NCBI GenBank assembly: GCA_036491055.1
Contig: DASXCT010000016.1
Location: 982-64,981 of the forward strand
Reading direction: 5' to 3'
DNA from: Allosphingosinicella sp.
GTDB taxonomy: Bacteria; Pseudomonadota; Alphaproteobacteria; Sphingomonadales; Sphingomonadaceae
DNA: 64,000 nt
The notes under the pieces are model-generated. The model was not told where the DNA came from. It saw only the letters and a program-made list of their open reading frames with translations, and did no database searches. The first letter of the stretch is position 1, and the number at the start of each line of letters is the position of its first letter. Below, piece by piece: positions 29,511 to 38,149 of this stretch. The translations under genes and the position numbers were made by a program.

Positions 29511-31340
29511 ATGGCGACTTTGGACCTTCGCGTCTATTGCGGCGCGGACAGCAATTTCCTGGCCTGGTGGTCGGCCGCGAAGATCCCCGGCTGCCTCGGC
29601 TATGGGGTGAACAGGCGGATCGACGGCGGCGCGCCGGAGCCGCTGACCGCTTATGTCGGCTTCGGGGGCGGCACCGGGCCCGTCCAGGCCAATGCCGACG
29701 GCCAGCCGAGCACGAAATGGCCGTTCCAGCGCTTCACCTGGTCCGATTTCGAGCCGCATCCCGGCACGGTCGAATATCAGGTGGTCGCGATCGTCGGGAC
29801 GTCGGACGCGCCGGCCGAGGGCGCCGTGTCGGACTGGGTCGCGCCGGCGCCGCCGCAATTCGGCGACATCATCCCCTATTTCAACTTCGGGACGATCAGC
29901 TCGCGCTGGTTCTCGACCATGGCGGCGATCTATCCGGAGGAATTCGATACGCTTCGCAAGAAGGTGTCCGGGGCGGGATCCGAGCAGGCACTGGCGGATG
30001 TGCTGAACCTGCCGCAGGTCAAGGGCGCCCCTGAGGGCAGCCCGACGATCGGCGACAAGATGGGCGGCGCGCTCAGGCAGCGGGTCCACAAATTGCTGGC
30101 CGACGTCAAGGCCGACCCCACGGCCGAAATCTATGCCGCTTTGTTCGAGCTTGCCGGCGACGATCTGGTCGAGGGCCTGGCGGCGCTCGGCGCGCGCTGT
30201 CACCTCCTCCTCGCCAACGGCACGCATACCCAGGACAAGGCCACCAAGACCGACAAGGACGAGAATGCGGCGGCGGCGGCCGCGCTTGAGGATAGCAAGG
30301 TCGACCTCAAGCGGCGGATGTTGAAGCCGGACGGCGTCTTCGCCCACAACAAGTTCGTCGTGGTCTGCCAGGGGGGAAAGCCGACATGGGCCTGGTCGGG
30401 CAGCACCAACTGGACGCCGCACGGCCTCTGCAGCCAGGCCAATAACGGCATCGAGATTCGCGATGCGGACGTCGCCCAGGCGTATTTCGACGCCTGGCAC
30501 CGGCTCGCCGCGGCCGCGGACGCGACACCGCCGCCGCAGCTTCCGCCGGCGCAGGAGCAATATCATTTCGCCAAAGGCGGGCTTACGACTTCGGTCTTCT
30601 TCAGCCCGCACAAGCTGCCGGCGGCGGACGGCGCCAAGTCGCCCGACCTCGTTTACGCGAACGCGCTGATCCGCGGCGCCAAGCAGGGCATCCTCTCGCT
30701 GATGCTGGACCCGGGTTGGGCGGGGAGCATGTTGCAGGCGATCCGCGAGGCGGCGGCCGCGAACCAGGATCTCTACGTGCGCGGCGTCGTCAATTCCGAC
30801 CCGACCGTGATGGCCAAGAAGGATCCGACCGCGATCGGCTTCCTCCACGGGCATGAGGCGGTGCCGTCCAATTACGACATCGTGCTTCCGGCCCAGCAGC
30901 AGCAGGATAATGAGCCGATCGACGATTATCTCGGCCGGCTCGGCATCGTCGTCGTCCATTCCAAGGTAATCATCATCGATCCGCTGGGCGATCACCCGGT
31001 GGTGATGACCGGATCGCACAATATGGGCGTCAAGGCGGCGACGAAGAATGACGACAATCTCGTCATCGTCGAAGGGGACAGGGATCTGGCGGTGGCCTAC
31101 GCGCTCAATGTGATGAGCGTGTTCAACCATTTCTGGTGGCGCCACAACATGGCCCCGCCGTCGAAGAAGGCGGCGGCGGCGGCTTCCACCGCCCAGGCAG
31201 CGGGGCCATCCACCGCCGCGGCGAGCGCCGCCTCGGGCGCGGGCTGGACCGGGCTCAGGACGGACGATGGGTGGCAGGACAAATTCTACGACGGCGGCAG
31301 CGAGGTCAGCGAGGCGCGGTTCTGGGGAGTGGCGCCTTAG
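29511..31340 (+). CDS. Phospholipase D-like protein (two HKD-type motifs)
   Basis: AHNKFVV..SGSTNWT and VHSKVIIID..TGSHN. Confidence 0.88.
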   Translation: MATLDLRVYCGADSNFLAWWSAAKIPGCLGYGVNRRIDGGAPEPLTAYVGFGGGTGPVQANADGQPSTKWPFQRFTWSDFEPHPGTVEYQVVAIVGTSDAPAEGAVSDWVAPAPPQFGDIIPYFNFGTISSRWFSTMAAIYPEEFDTLRKKVSGAGSEQALADVLNLPQVKGAPEGSPTIGDKMGGALRQRVHKLLADVKADPTAEIYAALFELAGDDLVEGLAALGARCHLLLANGTHTQDKATKTDKDENAAAAAALEDSKVDLKRRMLKPDGVFAHNKFVVVCQGGKPTWAWSGSTNWTPHGLCSQANNGIEIRDADVAQAYFDAWHRLAAAADATPPPQLPPAQEQYHFAKGGLTTSVFFSPHKLPAADGAKSPDLVYANALIRGAKQGILSLMLDPGWAGSMLQAIREAAAANQDLYVRGVVNSDPTVMAKKDPTAIGFLHGHEAVPSNYDIVLPAQQQQDNEPIDDYLGRLGIVVVHSKVIIIDPLGDHPVVMTGSHNMGVKAATKNDDNLVIVEGDRDLAVAYALNVMSVFNHFWWRHNMAPPSKKAAAAASTAQAAGPSTAAASAASGAGWTGLRTDDGWQDKFYDGGSEVSEARFWGVAP

Positions 31341-31693
31341 GGGGGTTGCGAAGACGATTCATTCGATGTGGCGCCGGCATGTCCGGAGCGCCGGCGCGTT
31401 TTTGTCGGCGCGGTCACGGGACGCGCCCGCATCGGATTCCTGGCTTTGCCGGCTCCGAGTGAAGGGCGGATTTGCCGGCGCATCCGGTCGCGCTCCAACC
31501 GAAAGCTGGATCGGTGTTCGAACCTCATGTTCCAGTATCGCATAATAGTTGATCCACATCTCTCCGGGGCGGGGAGCTCGTAGAGCCCGCCGACCCTCCT
31601 TCTCGATTCCAGGCGCTTTTTCCCCTCCACCGCGCTGCGCGCGGTCCCCCTCCCCACGGCGTTCGCCGTGGGGAGAACAAACGTTAGTCTTCC

Positions 31694-32152
31694 ATGGTCG
31701 CAGATTCAGGCTTGCGCGATTTGTGCGTATATCGCATATACCGACTCATGCACATGGAAGTGGATCATTTGGCGGGCGTTCGCGCCGGGATGGCGTTCCG
31801 CGTCTGTTTCGGCGGGTACAGCTTGCACAGGCTGAGGCGGCTGCCGCTGCCGCGCGGCTTGCTGCTGGTGGCGGAGATCCAACGGGCGGTTTGCGATCAT
31901 TATGGGTTGCCGCTGAGGGCGATGACGGTGGCGGGGCGGGCGCGGGAGATGGCGTGGCCGCGGCAGGTGGCGATGTTCCTCTGCCGGGAGCTGACCGGGC
32001 GATCCTTGCCCGACATCGGGCGGCGCTTCGGTGGGCGGGACCATACGACCGTGCTCCATGCTTTGCGCGCCGTCGAGAAAAGGCGGCGGGGCGATGCGGA
32101 GCTCGACCGGGATTTGCGGCTGCTCGCGGCGCGGCTGGAGGGGCGGCGGTGA
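31694..32152 (+). CDS. Stand-alone DnaA C-terminal (domain IV) HTH protein; start uncertain
   Basis: IQRAVCDHYGL..RQVAMFLCRELTGRSLPDIGRRFGGRDHTTVLHA. Confidence 0.9.
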   Translation: MVADSGLRDLCVYRIYRLMHMEVDHLAGVRAGMAFRVCFGGYSLHRLRRLPLPRGLLLVAEIQRAVCDHYGLPLRAMTVAGRAREMAWPRQVAMFLCRELTGRSLPDIGRRFGGRDHTTVLHALRAVEKRRRGDAELDRDLRLLAARLEGRR

Positions 32153-32343
32153 CGGCGACGGGGCTCGACACGCTGCGCAGCGGGCTGAGGAAGGTTCATG
32201 CGGCGGGGGCGCTCGGCTGCGTCCGCGTCGAGCATTGGGCGCGGACGCATGGGCGGTCGCACGAGGAGATCGAGGGGCTGATCGCCGAGATCCGGCTCGA
32301 GGACGCGCTGCGGGTGCGGCCGGAGGCGGAGGTTGAGGAATGA
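32149..32343 (+). CDS. Small hypothetical phage protein
   Basis: GTGA overlap with upstream stop and ATGA overlap downstream (translational coupling). Confidence 0.55.
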   Translation: MTATGLDTLRSGLRKVHAAGALGCVRVEHWARTHGRSHEEIEGLIAEIRLEDALRVRPEAEVEE

Positions 32344-32690
32344 GGGGGGATTCGGGGGGTGCATGTCGGATCGATCCGGCGGGAAAAGTGGGCTCGGCGG
32401 TGCCGCGCGCCGGCCTCTGGCCGGCACCCCCACCCCTTCCCCTCCCCACAAGGGGGAGGGGTTTGGAAAGTTGGAATCACGCGTCTGCCAATTCCGCGAT
32501 CTATGTCCACGGCGGCGGCGCTTGTCCGGTCGATCCCGACTCCGCTGTCCGCGTCACCTTTCGAAATGGGGTGAGCGCGCGTCATGCCTCCCCGGCGCGG
32601 CAGCTTCATTGGGGGCATCGGGGGCGGGACGATGTGTGGGACATCGTGGCTTATGAGAGTCTCGCCGGCGCGGGGCGGGGGCGGCGATGA
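32340..32690 (+). CDS. Hypothetical phage protein carrying an in-frame palindromic repeat
   Basis: HGGGACPVDPDSAVRVTFRNG..W.H..WDIVAY motif recalled from small phage proteins; ATGA overlaps at both ends. Confidence 0.6.
   Translation: MRGDSGGACRIDPAGKVGSAVPRAGLWPAPPPLPLPTRGRGLESWNHASANSAIYVHGGGACPVDPDSAVRVTFRNGVSARHASPARQLHWGHRGRDDVWDIVAYESLAGAGRGRR
32425..32461. repeat. REP-like element family C inside a coding region
   Basis: caccccttcccctccccacaagggggagggg. Confidence 0.65.
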
Positions 32691-33652
32691 GCTTGGCGGG
32701 GGGGTATGTCCGCGTCCATCGCAGCCTGATCGGGCATCCGGCGTTTCGCAACGACGCGGAAGCGATGGCGTTCGCCTGGCTGGTCTGCCGCGCGGCCTGG
32801 CAGCCGGTGGAGCTTCGCTACAAGGGGCGGCTGGTGCGGCTGGGGCGGGGGCAGCTTGCGCTGTCGGTGCGCGATTTCGCCGCCGCCATGGACCGCGACA
32901 AGGGCTGGGCCGAGAGGCTGCTTCGGCGACTCCGCGCGCGGGCCATGGTCGAGACGGAGAAGGGGGCCGGCTCGCTCATCATAAGCATCTGCAATTACGG
33001 GCGATTCCAGGCGGATGAGGCGGCGGCCAAGGCGCCGCGCAAGACGGCGGCCAAGACGGCGGCGGGACGCGGGCGCGACACGGAACAAGGAATCGAAGAA
33101 GGGGAAGAGATTCCCCCTCCGCCCCCGGCGAAGGGGCCGGCGCGGGCTTCGGGCAAGCGGGCCCTTCCGGCCGACTGGCAATTGCCGGCGGTCGAGAGCC
33201 TGACCGACAAGGCGCGCGCCTGCGCCGCCTTGTGGTCGCGGGCGAGCTATGAGGCGGTGGGGGAGGCCTTCGTCTGCTATTGGCGGCGGACCGGGCGGCG
33301 CAATGTCGACTGGCGGCTGACCTTCTGCGGCTGGGTGCTGCGCGAGCATGAAAAGGTGATGCGGAGCGAGCGCTTCGGTGCCGCGCCGCCCGCCGCCGCC
33401 GCCGCGCCGCGGGCGATGGACGCGGAAGAGCGCGCGTCGCTCGCCGCCCTCCACCAGGCGCGCGAGACCATGGCATTCGACGATTGGCACAGGCTGCGCC
33501 AGGCGCATTTTCGGCGCTGGCCGGGCGACGCGGTGCGGCGCGACGCGGGCGGGCGCGCGCGGGCGCTTGCCGACGCGCTGCCGCCGGCGCTGCGGCGCAA
33601 GCGGGCCGGCGGGGCATCCAAAGACGGGCAATCGACGGGGCAGGAGGACTGA
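32687..33652 (+). CDS. Phage replication initiator (lambda O-like / replisome organiser)
   Basis: GGYVRVHRSLIGHP..RGQLALSVRDFA..IISICNYGRFQ N-terminal domain; F..YW..NVDWRLTF C-terminal motif. Confidence 0.75.
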   Translation: MSLAGGYVRVHRSLIGHPAFRNDAEAMAFAWLVCRAAWQPVELRYKGRLVRLGRGQLALSVRDFAAAMDRDKGWAERLLRRLRARAMVETEKGAGSLIISICNYGRFQADEAAAKAPRKTAAKTAAGRGRDTEQGIEEGEEIPPPPPAKGPARASGKRALPADWQLPAVESLTDKARACAALWSRASYEAVGEAFVCYWRRTGRRNVDWRLTFCGWVLREHEKVMRSERFGAAPPAAAAAPRAMDAEERASLAALHQARETMAFDDWHRLRQAHFRRWPGDAVRRDAGGRARALADALPPALRRKRAGGASKDGQSTGQED

Positions 33653-33656
33653 AGAC

Positions 33657-34256
33657 GTGGCGAAACGGACCAAGCGCAAGGTCAAGACGGCGACGCAGCT
33701 CCAGGCGGAGGCCGAGCAGAGGCTGCGCATCCGCGCAGTCGATTCCGGCATTCCCGAGCATCGCGTCGCCGGCGAGCGCATCCGCGATTATGCGCCCGAC
33801 CAGGTGATCGATTTGAGCGGCGAGCTCGGCGGCGGGCGCAACCGGCAATATCAGGTGCTGCGATTGCTCTATCCGACGGTGGTCGACCGCTGGCTGGCCG
33901 AGGGCGGGCCGGGCTTCGAGGAGCCGCAGCGGCGCGCGATCGAGCATTGCCGGGCGCTGTGGACCCGGCTCGGCACGCAGGGGCGGCTGACCGCGCGCTG
34001 GGACGGCGTCGGCGGCGGCCGCGGCGACCGCAACCGCGTGCTCGAGCAGGCCGAGGCCCATGCCGAGATCAGGGGCTATGAGGCGCGGCTGGGCATGCCC
34101 TGGGTGTGGGAGGTGTTCGAGCTGGTCGTCCGCCACGACGAGCCCGCCGGCGCCGCCGCGAGCAAGCTCGCCAGCAACAGCGCCCAGCGGCAGGCGCACG
34201 CCAAGGCCTGCGTGGGGTTCGTGGCGAGCGCGATCGCGATGTGGCGGGGCTATTAG
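33657..34256 (+). CDS. DUF6456-like protein, putative late-gene regulator/antiterminator
   Basis: Position between replication and packaging genes; TVVDRW, LTARW, VFELVVRHDEP..A C-terminal helical motif; family assignment from memory. Confidence 0.6.
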   Translation: MAKRTKRKVKTATQLQAEAEQRLRIRAVDSGIPEHRVAGERIRDYAPDQVIDLSGELGGGRNRQYQVLRLLYPTVVDRWLAEGGPGFEEPQRRAIEHCRALWTRLGTQGRLTARWDGVGGGRGDRNRVLEQAEAHAEIRGYEARLGMPWVWEVFELVVRHDEPAGAAASKLASNSAQRQAHAKACVGFVASAIAMWRGY

Positions 34257-34317
34257 GGCAGATTGGCAAGTACTTGCCAATCGTCATTGGAATTGGTTCT
34301 CCCGATGCTGGGAGCGG

Positions 34318-35463
34318 CTAGGCCGGCTCGGCGGAGATTCCCGCTTCCGGAACAGGCTCGGCCGGCGTTGGCGCAGGCACATTTTCGATAAAGAGGGCTG
34401 CGAGCGGATCATTGATGTAATAATTGCTTCGGCCCGCCCGGTGCTTGGACAACAGCCCCCCGGCGGTGAGCTGGTCAAGGTAGCGGGCGGCCGTCTGCCG
34501 GCTGATGTCCAGTTCCCGCTGCAGGAATTCGATGCGGGTGTAAGGGAATCGGAAGAGGGTGTTGAGCAGATCCTGGGAATAGATCTTCTTGTGGTTCGTG
34601 CGCAGATTGTTCTTATAGTCCCGCATCAGCTCCTTGATGTCGCCGATGAGGCGCAGCGTGTCGATGGAGGTGCTGGTGACGGCCTGGAGCATGTACAGGA
34701 TCCAGCTCTCCCAGTCTCCGGTCTCCCGCACCGCCTGAAGCAGCCGGTAATATTCGCCCTTGTTCGCGGTGATGTAGCGGCTGAGATAGAGGATCGGAAT
34801 CTCTAGCAGCTTCTCGCGCACGAGATAGAGGACGTTGATGATGCGTCCGATCCGACCGTTGCCGTCGGGGAACGGGTGAATGCTCTCGAACTGGTGGTGA
34901 ATGACGGCCATCTTGACGAGGGGATCGAGGTCGCAAAGCGCATCGTCGTTGATGAACCGCTCCAATTTCCCCATCAGGTCCTGGATCGCGTTGGCGTCCT
35001 GCGGCGGGATATAGACGAGCTTGCCGCTGGCTTCGTTCTTCAAGGCGGTTCCCGGCGTCGCGCGATATCCGCCCGTCGTCCGCTTCAGCACCTGGAACAT
35101 CCGGGTGATGGTGTTGTTGGTGAGCAGTCCCTCCTGAGCGCACAAGGCGTCGTGGCCGACCTGGAGCGCGTCCCGGTAAAGCGCCACTTCCTTGGCGGCC
35201 GGCGAGGCGGGGTTTTCGGGGAACAGGCTGACCTGGAACACCTCATCCTGCGTCGTGACGATATTCTCGATCTCCGAGCTCGCCTTCGCTTCCTGGAGGG
35301 CGAGCGTGTCGATGAGGATGCCTTGGTTGGGGATGCCGCCGGCACGGCCCTTCAACTCGGCGAGGTGACGGTGCGCGCGCGCGGCGGCGCGCAGCACGGA
35401 AGGGTTTTCGAGCGCCGCGTTCGGCGGGAGCTCAGGGATCGTATAAGTCGGCTTGAGAGTCAT
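34318..35463 (-). CDS. Fic family protein with N-terminal Fic_N region and C-terminal HTH
   Basis: EAKASSEIEN inhibitory-type motif; HQFESIHPFPDGNGRIGR; SRQTAARYL. Confidence 0.92.
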   Translation of the reverse strand: MTLKPTYTIPELPPNAALENPSVLRAAARAHRHLAELKGRAGGIPNQGILIDTLALQEAKASSEIENIVTTQDEVFQVSLFPENPASPAAKEVALYRDALQVGHDALCAQEGLLTNNTITRMFQVLKRTTGGYRATPGTALKNEASGKLVYIPPQDANAIQDLMGKLERFINDDALCDLDPLVKMAVIHHQFESIHPFPDGNGRIGRIINVLYLVREKLLEIPILYLSRYITANKGEYYRLLQAVRETGDWESWILYMLQAVTSTSIDTLRLIGDIKELMRDYKNNLRTNHKKIYSQDLLNTLFRFPYTRIEFLQRELDISRQTAARYLDQLTAGGLLSKHRAGRSNYYINDPLAALFIENVPAPTPAEPVPEAGISAEPA

Positions 35464-35471
35464 TGCGGCTC

Positions 35472-35500
35472 ATGTTCGCGGAACTGGTTTTTGCGAACAT
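35472..35500. promoter_or_regulatory. Inverted repeat ATGTTCGC-N13-GCGAACAT just upstream of the Fic gene
   Basis: Perfect 8-bp arms 9 bp from the start codon. Confidence 0.45.
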
Positions 35501-35660
35501 ATCATGCATGACGTGTTACAAAAAGTGAAAAATGTTAACACGTCTGGCCGCATATGCTATGCAGGGTGACGCATCTCGAGACCGACTCTCGCAAGCCGTC
35601 ATGCTCGCCCTCGTCGAAAGCTTGCGCTACGCTCCGCTAGCACACAGGGGGAATAGACGC

Positions 35661-36602
35661 ATGAAATCATGGATTTTCGCGCTCGCGGCGGTCGCCGCGT
35701 GGGGATCGGCCGCTTCGGCGCGGACTGGGGCGGCGCCGGCGGTCGCCTATCGGCCGCTGGGGGTGGACGATCTCGGCATCCAGTTCGTCGACGACGGCTC
35801 GGTCCGGAAGGACGGGACGAGCCGGGATTTTTCGATGCTGGTGGTGTTCGCGCACCCGATAGCCGACGATAACGGGGCCGAATTTCTCTATGCGACGCTC
35901 CGGTCGCGGGTCGATTGCGCCGCCGGGACCGAGCAGGACCTCTTCGCAATCTTCCACGCGAAGGACGGCACCGACCAAAGGCCGACCGTCCACCATCCGG
36001 CCGCTTCCCTCCAGCCCGGATCGGTGATGGCGGACGCCGCGGATTATGTGTGCACGGGGAGGCGCAAGGCCGCCGCCGCGGAGGGGCGGGCGATGAGCGA
36101 GGCGGAGGCGGTGCGCGTCGCGACGGGCGCCTTCGCGGTTTCGGCCCCGGCGGCCGGCGCGTCCCAACCCGTCTATCGGTTGCTGGGCGTGACCGATGAG
36201 GATGCCGAGTTTCTCGACCAGGGCTCGATCGCGAAGGACGGAGCGCTCCGGGACTACCGGCTGCTGGTGGTGTGGGCGACGCCCAAGCTCGGGAGCGACG
36301 GCAGGACCGAGCATCCCTTTGCCAAATACCAGGCCCGGATCGACTGCGCCGCGTGGATGTCGAGCCTGCTTTCCATCACCATCTACAGCAGGAGCGGCCC
36401 GGAAAAGCCGATCATCCTTGGCCGGGGCCCGGATCGTCTTGAGCCGGGCTCGGTCGCAGAGACCGGCGCCGACTATCTCTGCAAGGGTAAATTGGCTGCG
36501 CAGATCGCGGGCGCGCCCCTGATCACGGTGGAGGAAGCGGTCCGCTCCGCGACCATGCTTTTCGCGGGACGCAAGGACCGGCGCGGCGCGGGAGGACAGT
36601 GA
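35661..36602 (+). CDS. Exported protein with two tandem about 130-aa surface-adhesin-E-like domains
   Basis: Signal peptide; each domain YR.LG..F.D.GS..DG..R..R.DCAA..PGSV..ADY.C.G. Confidence 0.75.
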   Translation: MKSWIFALAAVAAWGSAASARTGAAPAVAYRPLGVDDLGIQFVDDGSVRKDGTSRDFSMLVVFAHPIADDNGAEFLYATLRSRVDCAAGTEQDLFAIFHAKDGTDQRPTVHHPAASLQPGSVMADAADYVCTGRRKAAAAEGRAMSEAEAVRVATGAFAVSAPAAGASQPVYRLLGVTDEDAEFLDQGSIAKDGALRDYRLLVVWATPKLGSDGRTEHPFAKYQARIDCAAWMSSLLSITIYSRSGPEKPIILGRGPDRLEPGSVAETGADYLCKGKLAAQIAGAPLITVEEAVRSATMLFAGRKDRRGAGGQ

Positions 36603-36705
36603 GCGGCGCGGGGGCTGCGCCGGCTCCGGCGTTTCGCCGTCGACGCGATGCTCGCGCTCTTCGCCGACTTGCGCTAGGCTTCATCGCAAAACGGGGGGCA
36701 GGCGC

Positions 36706-38064
36706 ATGAAAGCGTGGTTTTTGGCGTTCATGGTGTTGGGGGCTTCGGCGGCTGCTGCTGCGGCGCAGTCGAGCGCCTTGCCGGAGGCGCGCTATCGGTT
36801 GATGGGCTACAGGGGCGATGAGGTTCAGTTCCTCGACGAGGGATCCGTCGACACGGACGGGACCAGGCGGGACTTTTCCTCCCTGACGGTGGACTCGGCG
36901 CCCCGGGCCGGCCCGCACGGCCGGCCGGAAGACAGCTATGGCGTGATTCGAAGCCGGATCGATTGCGCCGCGTGGACGGTGCAGCCGCTCTCCGCGCGGG
37001 TCCATTGGCAGAGCGGCCTGGGCGAACGCGTGGCCGCCAATCGAGCGCCCGTGGCCATCCCGGTGAATTCGTTCGCGGAGCTTTTCGCCGATTTTCTCTG
37101 CAAGGGCCGGACGGATTGGCTGATCAGGCGGTCGCATCTGGTCCGCGAAGCGGATGCGGTTCGCTCCGCGCGGCGCTTTTTCTCCGTCCCGACGGCGACG
37201 GACGCGTCGGGAGATTCGCGCTACCGCCTGCTGGATCTCGAGGACGCCGACGCCCAGCTCATCGACGAAAAGTCCATCAAGGAAGACGGCCCGCGCCGGA
37301 AATTCTCGCTGCTGATCATTTGGCCTCAACCCCGGTCCGGGGGAGGGGAAAGCGAGCCCGCCTCTCTCCACGACGAAATCCCGATGCGGGTCGATTGCGC
37401 CGCATGGACGATGCAGACCCTCTCGGGGAGGCCGAATGCGGGAAGCGGCACCGGAACGCCGCTTGTTCATGCCATCCTGCCGGGCTCGGTCGCGGAGACG
37501 GCGGCCGATTATGTCTGCAAGGGCAAGCTGGACCCCGACATCTCGCCGGCGAACGCCGCGAACGAAGCGCAGGCGGTGCGCGGCGCGATGCGTTTCCTCG
37601 CCGTGACGGGTTGGGGAAGCGCGCCGCCGGATCCCGCCTACCGTCTCATCGCCGCGGACGGCGATGCGGCCAATTATCTCGACGAAAGCGCGATCGCGCG
37701 GGCCGGCGCGACCCGGGAATATTGGATTCTGGGGCTGCGGGCAAAGCCCGAACGCGACAGGTACGGCGCCGAACATCCCTATGCGAGGTACCAGCTCCGC
37801 ATCGATTGCGCCGCGTGGACTACGCAGGCGCTCAAGGTGATTCCCTATACGAAGCGCGGGCCGGACCAGCTTGTTTCGCTTGCCGCCGAGCCGCAGCGCA
37901 TCGACCCGGATTCGGCGACGGAGGCCACCGCCAATTTCCTGTGCAAGGGCGAACTCGATCCGGCGATCGCGGCGAGGCACCTGGTCTCGCAGGACGAAGC
38001 GGTGCGCGAGGCGCTGAGCAATTTCGTGGCGGCCGGCCGGCCGCGCGATGCGCGCGGGAGGTGA
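36706..38064 (+). CDS. Exported protein with three tandem surface-adhesin-E-like domains, paralog of the upstream gene
   Basis: Same repeat three times (RIDCAAW ... LCKG); similar signal peptide MKAWF vs MKSWI. Confidence 0.75.
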   Translation: MKAWFLAFMVLGASAAAAAAQSSALPEARYRLMGYRGDEVQFLDEGSVDTDGTRRDFSSLTVDSAPRAGPHGRPEDSYGVIRSRIDCAAWTVQPLSARVHWQSGLGERVAANRAPVAIPVNSFAELFADFLCKGRTDWLIRRSHLVREADAVRSARRFFSVPTATDASGDSRYRLLDLEDADAQLIDEKSIKEDGPRRKFSLLIIWPQPRSGGGESEPASLHDEIPMRVDCAAWTMQTLSGRPNAGSGTGTPLVHAILPGSVAETAADYVCKGKLDPDISPANAANEAQAVRGAMRFLAVTGWGSAPPDPAYRLIAADGDAANYLDESAIARAGATREYWILGLRAKPERDRYGAEHPYARYQLRIDCAAWTTQALKVIPYTKRGPDQLVSLAAEPQRIDPDSATEATANFLCKGELDPAIAARHLVSQDEAVREALSNFVAAGRPRDARGR

Positions 38065-38120
38065 ACGGGGCGGCCACCGGAACAACCCAGGTTGCCGCCG
38101 CGACCCTTCGCGAAAAGGCG

Positions 38121-38149
38121 GTTGACAACGTAATGCCGACCTGCTAGGA
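38121..38149 (+). promoter_or_regulatory. Putative sigma70 promoter for the late operon
   Basis: TTGACA-17 bp-TAGGAA preceded by GC, in the gap before the co-oriented late genes. Confidence 0.45.

Noticed and set aside
26353-31340. CBASS or other named defence system built on patatin/PLD
   Set aside because: No cyclase, Cap or sensor genes; the genes are divergent, not operonic.
31516-31532. GTTC..GTTC as a LexA box at the element's left end
   Set aside because: Spacing is 9 nt, not 7.
31340-31700. attL or integrase remnant at the element boundary
   Set aside because: No tyrosine or serine recombinase motif, and no direct-repeat partner within the window.
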